This document shows, piece by piece, positions 29,243 through 37,289 of a stretch of 43,365 nt of DNA. The translations under genes were made by a program, and so were the position numbers. Below the pieces are notes generated by a model. That model searched no databases and was not told where the DNA came from. It saw only the letters and a list, made by a program, of their open reading frames with translations. The stretch lies in contig WFTO01000414.1 in NCBI GenBank assembly GCA_015485435.1, positions 1 through 43,365 of the forward strand, read 5' to 3'. Every line of letters begins with the position of its first letter. Within the stretch, counting starts at the first letter, position 1. The stretch comes from Anaerolineae bacterium. Its GTDB lineage: Bacteria; Chloroflexota; Anaerolineae; J102.

Positions 29243-29359
29243 GACACACCCCGCGCCATTACGACATCCATTTATTTGCAGGAAACACTTTGCCGAACTG
29301 CATCTTGCTATGCGATACTTTCATGAAAACCGCTTTCCCCCTTAACAACAGGAGTGCAT

Positions 29360-30385
29360 ATGAAGTTCGATATCGTTCTCGACGCGGATACGATTGAGCA
29401 GATCCGTCGTACAAGTCAGGCGGCCGAAGCCCTGGGATTTGATGCCATCTGGACGCCCGAAACCCGCCATGATCCATTCCCGCAATTGGCGCTCGTTGCG
29501 GAACACACGAAAAACATGGAGTTAGGGCCTGCAATTGCGGTGGCTTTTGCCAGAAGCCCCATGCACATGGCCTACGTCGCCTGGGATCTGGCCAGATACA
29601 GTAATGGACGATTTATCCTAGGCCTGGGAACCCAAATCAAACCCCATATCCAACGCCGATTCTCCATGCCTTGGAGCAAACCTGCAGCAAGATTGCGTGA
29701 ATACATTCTGGCGCTGAAACACATCTGGCGGGTCTGGCAATACAATGAAAAATTAAACTTCCGCGGCGATTTTTACAAAATGACCTTGATGTCGCCATTT
29801 TTCCATCCTGGCCCCATCCCCAATCCAGACATTCCCATTTATATCGCCGGCGTCAATCAAAAACTTTGCGAACTCGCCGGGGAACTTTGTGATGGATTTC
29901 ATGTTCATCCATTCCACACCGTCGACTACTTGCAAAAGCGAATTCGCCCCTGGGTTGCTGCGGGCGCAGCAAAGGCTGGTCGCCGTATAGAGGATGTGGT
30001 TTTCAGCACCACGATTTTCGCCATTGTCGGTGATACAGAAGCTGAACGGTCTCAACGCCGCCAGGAAGTTCGTATGCAGATCGCCTTTTATGCCTCTACC
30101 CCATCGTATCGTCCGGTGCTAGACCTCCATGGCTGGGGAGAAATCGGTGACCGGTTAGGAAAAATGGCGGTCAGAAAACAATGGGCCGATATGCCCGCCC
30201 TCATCAGCGATGACATGCTGGATGTCTTTGCCATTACCGGAACCTGGGAAGAAATCGGTCCTGCAATTCAAGCGAGATACGGAAACCTGCTTCAACGAGT
30301 GACGCTTTACATCCCCTTCCGTCCTGGAGAGAATGATCATGGTTGGCAACGCTTTTTAGCGCACGCCCGCAAGGCGACACCATGA
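29360..30385 (+). CDS. luciferase-like (LLM class) oxidoreductase, probably F420-dependent
   Basis: 341 aa from the ATG at 29360, with AGGAG 5 nt upstream. The LLM TIM-barrel pattern (FDAIWTPE..., RFILGLGTQ...) is present. The F420 assignment rests on family resemblance only. Confidence 0.75.
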   Translation: MKFDIVLDADTIEQIRRTSQAAEALGFDAIWTPETRHDPFPQLALVAEHTKNMELGPAIAVAFARSPMHMAYVAWDLARYSNGRFILGLGTQIKPHIQRRFSMPWSKPAARLREYILALKHIWRVWQYNEKLNFRGDFYKMTLMSPFFHPGPIPNPDIPIYIAGVNQKLCELAGELCDGFHVHPFHTVDYLQKRIRPWVAAGAAKAGRRIEDVVFSTTIFAIVGDTEAERSQRRQEVRMQIAFYASTPSYRPVLDLHGWGEIGDRLGKMAVRKQWADMPALISDDMLDVFAITGTWEEIGPAIQARYGNLLQRVTLYIPFRPGENDHGWQRFLAHARKATP

Positions 30386-30468
30386 CGCGCTCAATTCGAA
30401 TGCAGCAAAAGACAGGATATTAGCTCCAGGGGCAAACATCCTTTTCCGACGAACCGACCTTCCTGCAT

Positions 30469-30831
30469 CTAATCCTCGGTTTGAGCCACCTCCTCCGCAG
30501 CATCACGCTGCTGGTTTTCCCCCTGTTCTGCTTCAAATAACGCCAATAGCCGTTCTGGCAAGGCCTCTCGAGCCACGGTCCACACCACAAGTTTGACCGC
30601 AGTTCGCTCCAAACCCTGAATCTCCACCTCAACAAATACGGGAATGGAAGCGATAGCGATGCCATCTTCCTGAAGATAACCCCGCGCGATGGCCACAGCT
30701 TTCACGGCCTGATTAACAGCACTAGCGCCAATAGCCTGTACTTCCGCATACCCCTGATCGCGGATCACGCCGGCAATGGCCCCTGCCACAGCAGTGGAAC
30801 GAGAACGGGCCGATACCTTGATGACTTCCAT
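30469..30831 (-). CDS. spoVS: SpoVS-family protein with an acidic C-terminal extension
   Basis: MEVIKVSARSRSTAVAGAIAGVIRDQGYAEVQAIGASAVNQAVKAVAIARGYL... is typical of SpoVS, which is about 86 aa. This protein has about 35 extra residues that are E/Q/A-rich. An AGGAG Shine-Dalgarno sequence is present. Confidence 0.85.
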   Translation of the reverse strand: MEVIKVSARSRSTAVAGAIAGVIRDQGYAEVQAIGASAVNQAVKAVAIARGYLQEDGIAIASIPVFVEVEIQGLERTAVKLVVWTVAREALPERLLALFEAEQGENQQRDAAEEVAQTED

Positions 30832-30978
30832 GAGGCTTCTCCTGCAATGTGGGAGATTGATGAATGGCGAAAAGAAGACGTGCTACGCCAATTTTATTTT
30901 ACACAATCAAAAACATAAGATCAATATTCCCTTTGAGCACCCATAAATTGTCAGCCTTTGCCTTCATGTAAATTTTTC

Positions 30979-31491
30979 ATGACTCAACCATATCGTTTTT
31001 GTCCTCTTTGCGCGGCAGCGCTTACCCCCATTGAAAAAGGTGGACGCGTTCGTTTGGCTTGTCCTGAATGTGGGTTTATTCATTACAGAAACCCAACCGT
31101 AGGCGTTGCTGCAGTTATTCTGGATGGGAATAACGTCTTGCTTGGACGCCGCTCCCCAACGAGCTCTTATTCTGGAGCTTGGTGCTTTCCTTGTGGGCAT
31201 GTCGAATGGGAGGAAGATGTACGCGCAGCCACTCATCGCGAATGCCTGGAAGAAACAGGTTTTGAGGTGGCAGTCCATGAGGTAATTGCCGTCCATTCAA
31301 ACTTTCATAATCCCAACCAACATACCGTCGGCATCTGGTTTCGTTGCGAAATCGTAGGCGGAACACTGCAAGCAGGCGATGATCTAGATCTTGTGGCCTG
31401 GTTTTCCCTCTTCGACCTTCCAGAACCATTGGCCTTTCCCACAGACCAGCTAGTGCTAACGCAGTTACAACAAACTGTTGGCGGCGCATAA
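30979..31491 (+). CDS. NUDIX hydrolase with an N-terminal zinc ribbon
   Basis: CPLC...CPEC zinc ribbon, and a Nudix box GHVEWEEDVRAATHRECLEETGF. I chose the ATG at 30979. The track start at 30958 is TTG. Confidence 0.85.
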   Translation: MTQPYRFCPLCAAALTPIEKGGRVRLACPECGFIHYRNPTVGVAAVILDGNNVLLGRRSPTSSYSGAWCFPCGHVEWEEDVRAATHRECLEETGFEVAVHEVIAVHSNFHNPNQHTVGIWFRCEIVGGTLQAGDDLDLVAWFSLFDLPEPLAFPTDQLVLTQLQQTVGGA

Positions 31492-31596
31492 AAAGACTTT
31501 TGTTGAGGTTCTTTTTTACTTTCATCGCGGATAAGGTATGATGAAGAACCTTCTCTGACGCCTTTTAGGTAACGCACACCTTGCGAGTTGCATCCA

Positions 31597-32196
31597 ATGA
31601 CTGGTATCGAAATCGATCTCGATATTTATCCTGATGAAGCTTCCTTAGTTGAAGCATTAAAAAGCGGCGATCCAGAAGCTTGTGCGTGCATGATCAAACA
31701 ATATGCGCCACGAGTTTACGCCATCGCCATTCGCATGCTCAACGATCCTGATGATGCAGAGGAAGTGCTGCAAGAAACATTCATCAGTGCATGCAAGAAC
31801 ATCAAAAAGTTTGAAGAACGCAGCGCCTTGGGCACCTGGCTTCATCGCATCGCCACGAATGCTGCACTGATGCATCTGCGCAAACGAAAACGCCGAGAGG
31901 TGTCATTAGATGAGCCCATTGAAACACAAGGCGGCGATGATGTTTATCGAGAAGTGCAGGATTGGACATTTTCTCCTGATGATCACGCCATGAACAGCGA
32001 GATCAGGGACATCTTGGAAAAAGCCATCGCCGAGCTCCCAGAGACCTTGCGCACCGTGTTTGTTTTACGAGAAATTGAAGGATATAGCACTGAAGAAACC
32101 GCCCAAATTTTAGGGATCAGCGTGTCCGCTGCCAAAGTACGTTTACACCGAGCCCGGTTACGTCTTCGCCAACTTTTGTCACCATACTTCACTTGA
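31597..32196 (+). CDS. ECF-type RNA polymerase sigma factor
   Basis: Sigma-70 region 2 (YAIAIRMLNDPDDAEEVLQETFI...HRIATNAAL) and region 4 (EGYSTEETAQILGISVSAAKVRLHRAR). The start is ambiguous: ATG at 31597 or TTG at 31588. Confidence 0.88.
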   Translation: MTGIEIDLDIYPDEASLVEALKSGDPEACACMIKQYAPRVYAIAIRMLNDPDDAEEVLQETFISACKNIKKFEERSALGTWLHRIATNAALMHLRKRKRREVSLDEPIETQGGDDVYREVQDWTFSPDDHAMNSEIRDILEKAIAELPETLRTVFVLREIEGYSTEETAQILGISVSAAKVRLHRARLRLRQLLSPYFT

Positions 32197-32216
32197 CTCC
32201 AGCCATTGGCTAAACC

Positions 32217-32498
32217 ATGATTTCTCAACATCAACACCGGCACGAAAACGATTGTCAAGAGGTGTTATCGCACCTCAACGATTATATCGATGGCGAACTT
32301 TCGCCTGAATTGTGCATGGAGCTGGAAGCGCATCTCGCAGTATGTCAAGATTGCCGCGTTGTGTTTGACACGCTAAGCAAAACCCTGTATCTCGTGCATA
32401 AACTCAGGGAGAGCCCACCAGAACTGCCAGAAACCGTGGAGTATCGGCTCTTTGCGGTCATGAATCTTGAACAGTTCGTCCCCAAAAAACGAAAATAG
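32217..32498 (+). CDS. zinc-binding (ZAS, HxxxCxxC) anti-sigma factor, soluble RsrA-like
   Basis: 93 aa with no TM segment. C13, H39, C43 and C46 (HLAVCQDC). It starts 20 nt after the sigma gene. Confidence 0.82.
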   Translation: MISQHQHRHENDCQEVLSHLNDYIDGELSPELCMELEAHLAVCQDCRVVFDTLSKTLYLVHKLRESPPELPETVEYRLFAVMNLEQFVPKKRK

Positions 32499-32538
32499 TT
32501 CCTTGTATGTGATCGCTCGCTTGATAGGGGGCGATTTT

Positions 32539-32961
32539 TTATTCGCCAATAAACTGAAGGACCACGCGTCGCTGGCGGGGGCGCACATCAAATTCGATAA
32601 ATAGAATTTGCTGCCATGTTCCTAAAACCAGTCGACCATGAACAAAGGGAATATGGAGATCCGGGCCAATGATGGCCGCTCGCAAATGACTGTGGCCATT
32701 GCCATCTCCCCAGCGTAAATTATGGCGATATTCCTGGCCAAATTGTGGCGCCACCTGCTCAAAAAATCGTTCCAGGTCGGCCAAGGCGCCAGATTCATAT
32801 TCAATGGTCGTTAAAGCGCTGGTGCTACTGGGGGTGAAAATTGTGACAGCGCCATGAGAGAGCCCTGTGCTATCCAACGCCTCTTGGACTTGGTGTGTGA
32901 GATCGATAAAGTCACAATGGGGCTGGGTTGCAAATTGTAATTCTCTTGTTTTGACCGCCAT
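32539..32961 (-). CDS. yjbQ: YjbQ/UPF0047 family protein (secondary thiamine-phosphate synthase type)
   Basis: 140 aa. The motifs ...HSHLRAAIIGP... and LGTWQQILFIEFDVRPRQRRV are characteristic of UPF0047. Confidence 0.85.
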   Translation of the reverse strand: MAVKTRELQFATQPHCDFIDLTHQVQEALDSTGLSHGAVTIFTPSSTSALTTIEYESGALADLERFFEQVAPQFGQEYRHNLRWGDGNGHSHLRAAIIGPDLHIPFVHGRLVLGTWQQILFIEFDVRPRQRRVVLQFIGE

Positions 32962-32964
32962 ATT

Positions 32965-33339
32965 CTATTTTTCGATATCATACATGGCCCAGGCTTGCTC
33001 ATCACGCCATAAACGAACGCTCAGAGCCGTAAGATTGGGCGCATAAAGGCTTTCGTTGATGGCATCGCCTAACACCTGGGCAAAGGCTTCCAAGGTTGGT
33101 ATACGGTTTTGGAATGCTGGTGTGTCGTTTAGACTTTTATTCGCATATTGAGAAAGAATCTCCTCCACCTCTGCCTCGAGGGCTTCCAGGTCCAGTACAT
33201 AGCCTTCACTATCGAGCTCTTCAGTTTCTAGCATGACTTCGAGAATGTATAAATGGGAGCGAATTGGGTGTTCGGGATCAATTTCAATCGCAGATGTGTG
33301 ATGGGCAATAAATTTTTTGCGAAGAGCAAGGGTAAACAT
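32965..33339 (-). CDS. 6-pyruvoyl-tetrahydropterin synthase/QueD-fold protein, apparently degenerate
   Basis: 124 aa, collinear with my remembered QueD sequence (F..AHH...SH.Y.LEV...D..G.V.D...L......LND.P......PT.E). The Cys and Asp-His catalytic residues and one zinc-binding His are substituted. Confidence 0.55.
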   Translation of the reverse strand: MFTLALRKKFIAHHTSAIEIDPEHPIRSHLYILEVMLETEELDSEGYVLDLEALEAEVEEILSQYANKSLNDTPAFQNRIPTLEAFAQVLGDAINESLYAPNLTALSVRLWRDEQAWAMYDIEK

Positions 33340-33369
33340 ATGACATCCTTAGTGTGAGAAACTGTCGAT

Positions 33370-34116
33370 TTAGAACGCGATGCCCAACCATTGTAACAGC
33401 ACCACAAAGGCAGGCGCCAAAAATATGGCAGGGAGGAAGTTGGCTGCCCGCAATCTTTTGATGCCTAACAGGATAAAGCCAATGCTTAACAGCACGATTC
33501 CGCCCGTTGCCGTCATCTCGATAACAGCGGGATTATCCGCGGTCACGCCGCCCAAGGCGCCCCCAAAAAGCATGGCCAGCAAGGCTAGCCCGCCTTGAAA
33601 TACAAACACGGTAATGGCTGAAAGGATAACGCCTGGACCAAGACTTGCGGCAAACGCAATGGATGCAAAACCATCCAAGACGGCTTTCAACAACAGAAAC
33701 TCATAGTTATTGACCAGCCCATCCTGCACAGAACCAATAATCGTTAGCGGCCCCACACAATAGACCAAGCTGGCTGTTACAAAGGCCTGAACCAATCGAT
33801 TTTCATCGCTTTCGCCTAAGCGTTCTCCAAACGTCCGTTCCATCCATTGGCCCAAGGCCTCCAACCGCTCTTCCAATTGCATCCATTCTCCCAGCATTGC
33901 GCCGATCACAATGGCAAATAACGGGATCAAAATGTTTCGCGTGGTAATGGCATTGCTGATGGCAACGACGATGGTCACTAATCCCAAACCATGCAAGACG
34001 GTATTCTGGGTATCTTCGCTTAATTTGTGACCAATAAAAATGCCGATTAAACTTCCCAGGATGACGGTCAAGGTGTTGATGATGGTGCCAGTGAGGCCTG
34101 GAACAATGACGGGCAT
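33370..34116 (-). CDS. DUF554 (YqgA/YdfK-like) membrane protein
   Basis: 248 aa. The N-terminus GTIINTLTVILGSLIGIFIG and about 7 TM helices fit the DUF554 pattern. Confidence 0.75.
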   Translation of the reverse strand: MPVIVPGLTGTIINTLTVILGSLIGIFIGHKLSEDTQNTVLHGLGLVTIVVAISNAITTRNILIPLFAIVIGAMLGEWMQLEERLEALGQWMERTFGERLGESDENRLVQAFVTASLVYCVGPLTIIGSVQDGLVNNYEFLLLKAVLDGFASIAFAASLGPGVILSAITVFVFQGGLALLAMLFGGALGGVTADNPAVIEMTATGGIVLLSIGFILLGIKRLRAANFLPAIFLAPAFVVLLQWLGIAF

Positions 34117-34158
34117 AATTCAACATCCATATACAATGAAGGAGAAACCATGAACTGT

Positions 34159-34626
34159 TTACGCCTTTGGTTGTTGAGCATTCTTGGGCAATCCTTCGAT
34201 CAACCAGTCGAAAAGTTCGCCCTGGCCCTCAAGGGGTACGCAGTTGATGTAGACAACGCGATCGGTCGTTATCAAGCCTTTTGCATTCCTAGGATGATAT
34301 CCAATAATCAACGCTTCATTGCGGCGTCCTCCCCTCTCAACGAAGGCTAATTGGCGGCGTTCAAACGTGTGGGGGGAGCGAAAAGGCGTGCGGTATGTAA
34401 ATTGCTCTCCATCGAACTCCGCGCGCGCAAAGGAGCTCAGGAATAAACGCACAGCGATGAAACCCACGCCGACAAACATGATCCACCACAAGACATCTTT
34501 TCGCTTCCATGCTTCCATGCCCAACCATATCGTTGCAATCGCAAATAAGAATGCATACATATAAAAGATGGATTTCGGTTTATACTGCTTGGGCAAGTTG
34601 GGTGAATCAGACGGTAGGACGTTCAT
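34159..34626 (-). CDS. 2-TM membrane protein with a small C-terminal soluble domain, unknown function
   Basis: I chose the ATG at 34626 (MNVLPSDSPNLPKQYK...), giving 155 aa. The longer track start at 34707 would overlap the upstream GNAT gene by 100 nt. Confidence 0.5.
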   Translation of the reverse strand: MNVLPSDSPNLPKQYKPKSIFYMYAFLFAIATIWLGMEAWKRKDVLWWIMFVGVGFIAVRLFLSSFARAEFDGEQFTYRTPFRSPHTFERRQLAFVERGGRRNEALIIGYHPRNAKGLITTDRVVYINCVPLEGQGELFDWLIEGLPKNAQQPKA

Positions 34627-35512
34627 AACTATAACCACGCAAAGAAGATTCTTGAAAGCCAAGTCGCAGCAGTCGAGATTGTGCGGCCGCGTCTTCATGA
34701 GGAACATCGATCAATAAGCGCTGGATGCCTCGGGCCAGAAGCAGGTTACTTCCTCGTTCCAACAGCCAGCGGCCAATTCCCAGTTGTTGATATGCTGGTT
34801 TCACAAACAATCGATGTAAGCCAGCTGATTTGGGATGTGTACAATCGGCAAGTTGAGGGAAGAGCATAAACCGCACGAAGGCAATCTCTTCTTTCCCTAA
34901 ACGTACGTGGAGAGAAAGCACGTCGTCGATGTCATCTTGCCAGAAAAGGGTCAAGCGAGGCAATTCGGGGAGTTGTTCTGGTATGGGGTTGGCAAAGGAC
35001 CGTTCAAAGAAAAGCCACCGCTTTGTCAGTTGATAACCACGCTTTCCCAACGCATCCATGATGTCCCATGCCTCTCCAATGATGGCTCCTCGACCAAAAT
35101 GCACTCGCGGATATCCTGTCTGCAAATAAAAAGCCAGGATGCCAGAAAGGCCCTTTTGGCTATCGAAATAGGCGTCCGCAGCCCGAAGCAGCAATCCTGC
35201 GGTTGCTGCCGGGGCATTCTCTGCGATTACAAGCGCTCTGATGATGCCCCGTAACGTTTCTGGACCATCCGAATCCAATCGTCCCACCGTACAATGCACA
35301 AAACCCATGAATTCCTCATTCTGCCGAGCGACCAACCATCCTTTCGGATCGATAGCGAGGATGGCGCGAGGCTCGCCTCCATGCAACAATACATGCTCTT
35401 CGATATCTTGGGAGGTAAGCGAACAAGGAAAACCAACATTTATCAAAGATTGAGACCAAATTCGGGCCAATGTTTTCAAATCGTGCGTATACAATGGCGT
35501 GATTTCGATCAT
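34607..35512 (-). CDS. GNAT-family N-acetyltransferase (two-lobed)
   Basis: I chose the ATG at 35512 (MIEITPLYTHDL...), which overlaps the upstream TGA as ATGA. The C-terminal acetyl-CoA motif is LFVKPAYQQLGIGRWLLERG. Confidence 0.7.
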   Translation of the reverse strand: MIEITPLYTHDLKTLARIWSQSLINVGFPCSLTSQDIEEHVLLHGGEPRAILAIDPKGWLVARQNEEFMGFVHCTVGRLDSDGPETLRGIIRALVIAENAPAATAGLLLRAADAYFDSQKGLSGILAFYLQTGYPRVHFGRGAIIGEAWDIMDALGKRGYQLTKRWLFFERSFANPIPEQLPELPRLTLFWQDDIDDVLSLHVRLGKEEIAFVRFMLFPQLADCTHPKSAGLHRLFVKPAYQQLGIGRWLLERGSNLLLARGIQRLLIDVPHEDAAAQSRLLRLGFQESSLRGYSYERPTV

Positions 35513-36117
35513 GCGACCCCCAACCAGGCGGAATACAGCATGAAAATTCCAGCGCCAAATAATAGCAAGGCCGACAGCTGCATGGCTCGACGATAAATCC
35601 ATGGCGGCATATTTCGAAAACGCCCTAATACCAGCGCCAAGATAACCTTGCTGCCCACCAAAAGAAGATAAAACATAGTTATGAATCCCACAGCCTGCCA
35701 GGGGGATTGTTTCCAGGCCTGGACCACTAAGGGCGCCCCCACAGCGCCCCAAAACAGGTATGGATGAGGATTGAGAAAATTCACCATCATTCCACGCAAC
35801 AGGTCTTGTTGCGCCTGCGGCGGAGTGGTCGCTTCTTCTAAACTTTCTCCTGTTTCCAGCCAGGCCTCAACAGCCAACCACAACACAAAAAGACCTCCAA
35901 GCCCCATCATGATATGCAAATAAAACGCAGGCAATCGCGAGATGACCATGAGCGACAAAACCACAATGGGCAAGTCTGTCAACAATGGGGCGATGGCGAT
36001 CCTTAAACCGCTCATAGCTCCATATCGCAAAGTGCGTTGGATGACCAGCGCCAACAAAGGGCCGGGCGCCAATCCAGCACTCAATCCCAGAGAAAATCCA
36101 AGAAATGGATAAAACAT
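35509..36117 (-). CDS. LysE/RhtB-family amino-acid exporter
   Basis: 202 aa. The N-terminus FLGFSLGLSAGLAPGPLLALVIQRTL and 6 TM helices. Confidence 0.8.
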   Translation of the reverse strand: MFYPFLGFSLGLSAGLAPGPLLALVIQRTLRYGAMSGLRIAIAPLLTDLPIVVLSLMVISRLPAFYLHIMMGLGGLFVLWLAVEAWLETGESLEEATTPPQAQQDLLRGMMVNFLNPHPYLFWGAVGAPLVVQAWKQSPWQAVGFITMFYLLLVGSKVILALVLGRFRNMPPWIYRRAMQLSALLLFGAGIFMLYSAWLGVA

Positions 36118-36169
36118 ATCCTTACAAACTCACTGACAAAGGGATGAATCGCCAATTCGCAGAGAATGC

Positions 36170-37279
36170 TCACGAAACCGCTTTTCGGTACGTTTCCAGG
36201 GTTTGACGGGCTGCTTTTTCCCACGAAAATTGCGCAGCGCGTGCTCGTCCTTTTGTTCTCAAAGAAGCCTGTAAAGCCTCATCCTCCATGACGCGATGAA
36301 GCGCAACAGCCCAGGCCTCTTCATCATTTGGCGGGGCTAAAAGCGCCGCATCTCCTACAACTTCAGGCAAGCTGCCCGCATCAGAACAGACCACGGGGGT
36401 TGCGCAGGCCATGGCTTCCAGCGGGGTCAACCCAAATCCTTCATAGTGTGCAGGGTGTGCGAGCACGGTTGCCAAATTATAAAGCGCCAATAACTGTTCA
36501 GGCGTGGTCTTCCCCAAAAAGCGCACATGGGGCTCCAGCTTCAAGGAAGCCACCTGCGCTATCAAATCCTCAGAAAGCCACCCCATCGCCCCCGATAGTA
36601 ACAACGGCGCTTCCAGACGATAGCGATCTCGTAATAACCGATAAGCGCGTAACAGGGTCGCCAGATTCTTTCGCGGCTCAATGGTGCCAACAAAAAGGAT
36701 AAAAGTTTCTGGGACCTTGAGTCCGCTGGCCTGGAGCTGCCTACGCGCCATCTCTCGAGGAATGGGGCGAAACAGAGGGTCTGCAGCTTCATAAATCACA
36801 TCAATTTTTCGCTCAGGCGCCCCGACAAGCTCGACGAGATCGTTTTTGGTGGACTGACTCACTGCAATGATACGACTTGCTCGTTTCACCGCTTCATCAA
36901 GCTGCCCATAGTATCGAGCACTCGCTTCGGTGACAAAGTTAGGATAGATCAAAAACGCCAAATCGTGAACTGTGATCACTGCAGGGATTTGATTGTGTAA
37001 AGGCGGAATAAAATCGGGGCTATGGATCAAATCCAACTGCAGAAAACGCGTCTCCACGCTCAAAAGCCATGGTTCCAGACGATGGTGTACGGGCGACAAT
37101 AACCGAGCATGGCTAAAATTGGGAGCGAAAACCAACGGCTCTGTCTGACGGCGATGTTGCAACAGCACGTATTGATTTTCGGTATCGATTCTTGACAAGG
37201 CTGCCAACAATCGCAAGGCATACAGACTAATGCCTGCCATTTGATGATAGGCTAATCGAACATCTACACCAATACGCAT
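36170..37279 (-). CDS. glycosyltransferase, GT4 (group 1) family
   Basis: 369 aa. The GT-B C-terminal motif EGFGLTPLEAMACATPVVCS (E-x7-E). Confidence 0.85.
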   Translation of the reverse strand: MRIGVDVRLAYHQMAGISLYALRLLAALSRIDTENQYVLLQHRRQTEPLVFAPNFSHARLLSPVHHRLEPWLLSVETRFLQLDLIHSPDFIPPLHNQIPAVITVHDLAFLIYPNFVTEASARYYGQLDEAVKRASRIIAVSQSTKNDLVELVGAPERKIDVIYEAADPLFRPIPREMARRQLQASGLKVPETFILFVGTIEPRKNLATLLRAYRLLRDRYRLEAPLLLSGAMGWLSEDLIAQVASLKLEPHVRFLGKTTPEQLLALYNLATVLAHPAHYEGFGLTPLEAMACATPVVCSDAGSLPEVVGDAALLAPPNDEEAWAVALHRVMEDEALQASLRTKGRARAAQFSWEKAARQTLETYRKAVS

Positions 37280-37289
37280 GGGTGGATTC

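Noticed and set aside
28912-29359. Calling the DnaA-box-rich gap the chromosomal origin (oriC).
   Set aside because: dnaA, dnaN and gyrB are not nearby. All boxes are on one strand. I saw no obvious AT-rich unwinding element or DnaA-trio run next to the array. Gene orientation to the right of the gap is mixed. It is reported only as a DnaA-box-like array that needs GC-skew and binding tests.
28904-29397. Three track ORFs inside the gap (28904-29179 +, 28995-29249 -, 29113-29397 +) as possible small proteins.
   Set aside because: They overlap each other and have odd compositions rich in Cys, Trp, Arg and Phe. They have no Shine-Dalgarno sequence and no recognisable motifs. One simply runs into the LLM gene out of frame. 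They look like chance ORFs in non-coding DNA.
31543-31573. An autoregulated ECF promoter upstream of the sigma gene (GAAC at 31546-31549, then GGTAAC about 17 nt later).
   Set aside because: Only the GAAC -35 core resembles ECF promoters. The -10 candidate fits no ECF consensus I know (CGTC, GTT or TCTGA types). It is not annotated as a feature.
34627-34707. The track start at 34707 for the 2-TM protein.
   Set aside because: It would overlap the GNAT gene by 100 nt, and the extra residues (MFLMKTRPHNLDCCDLAFKNLLCVVIV) look like out-of-frame GNAT sequence. I preferred the ATG at 34626.
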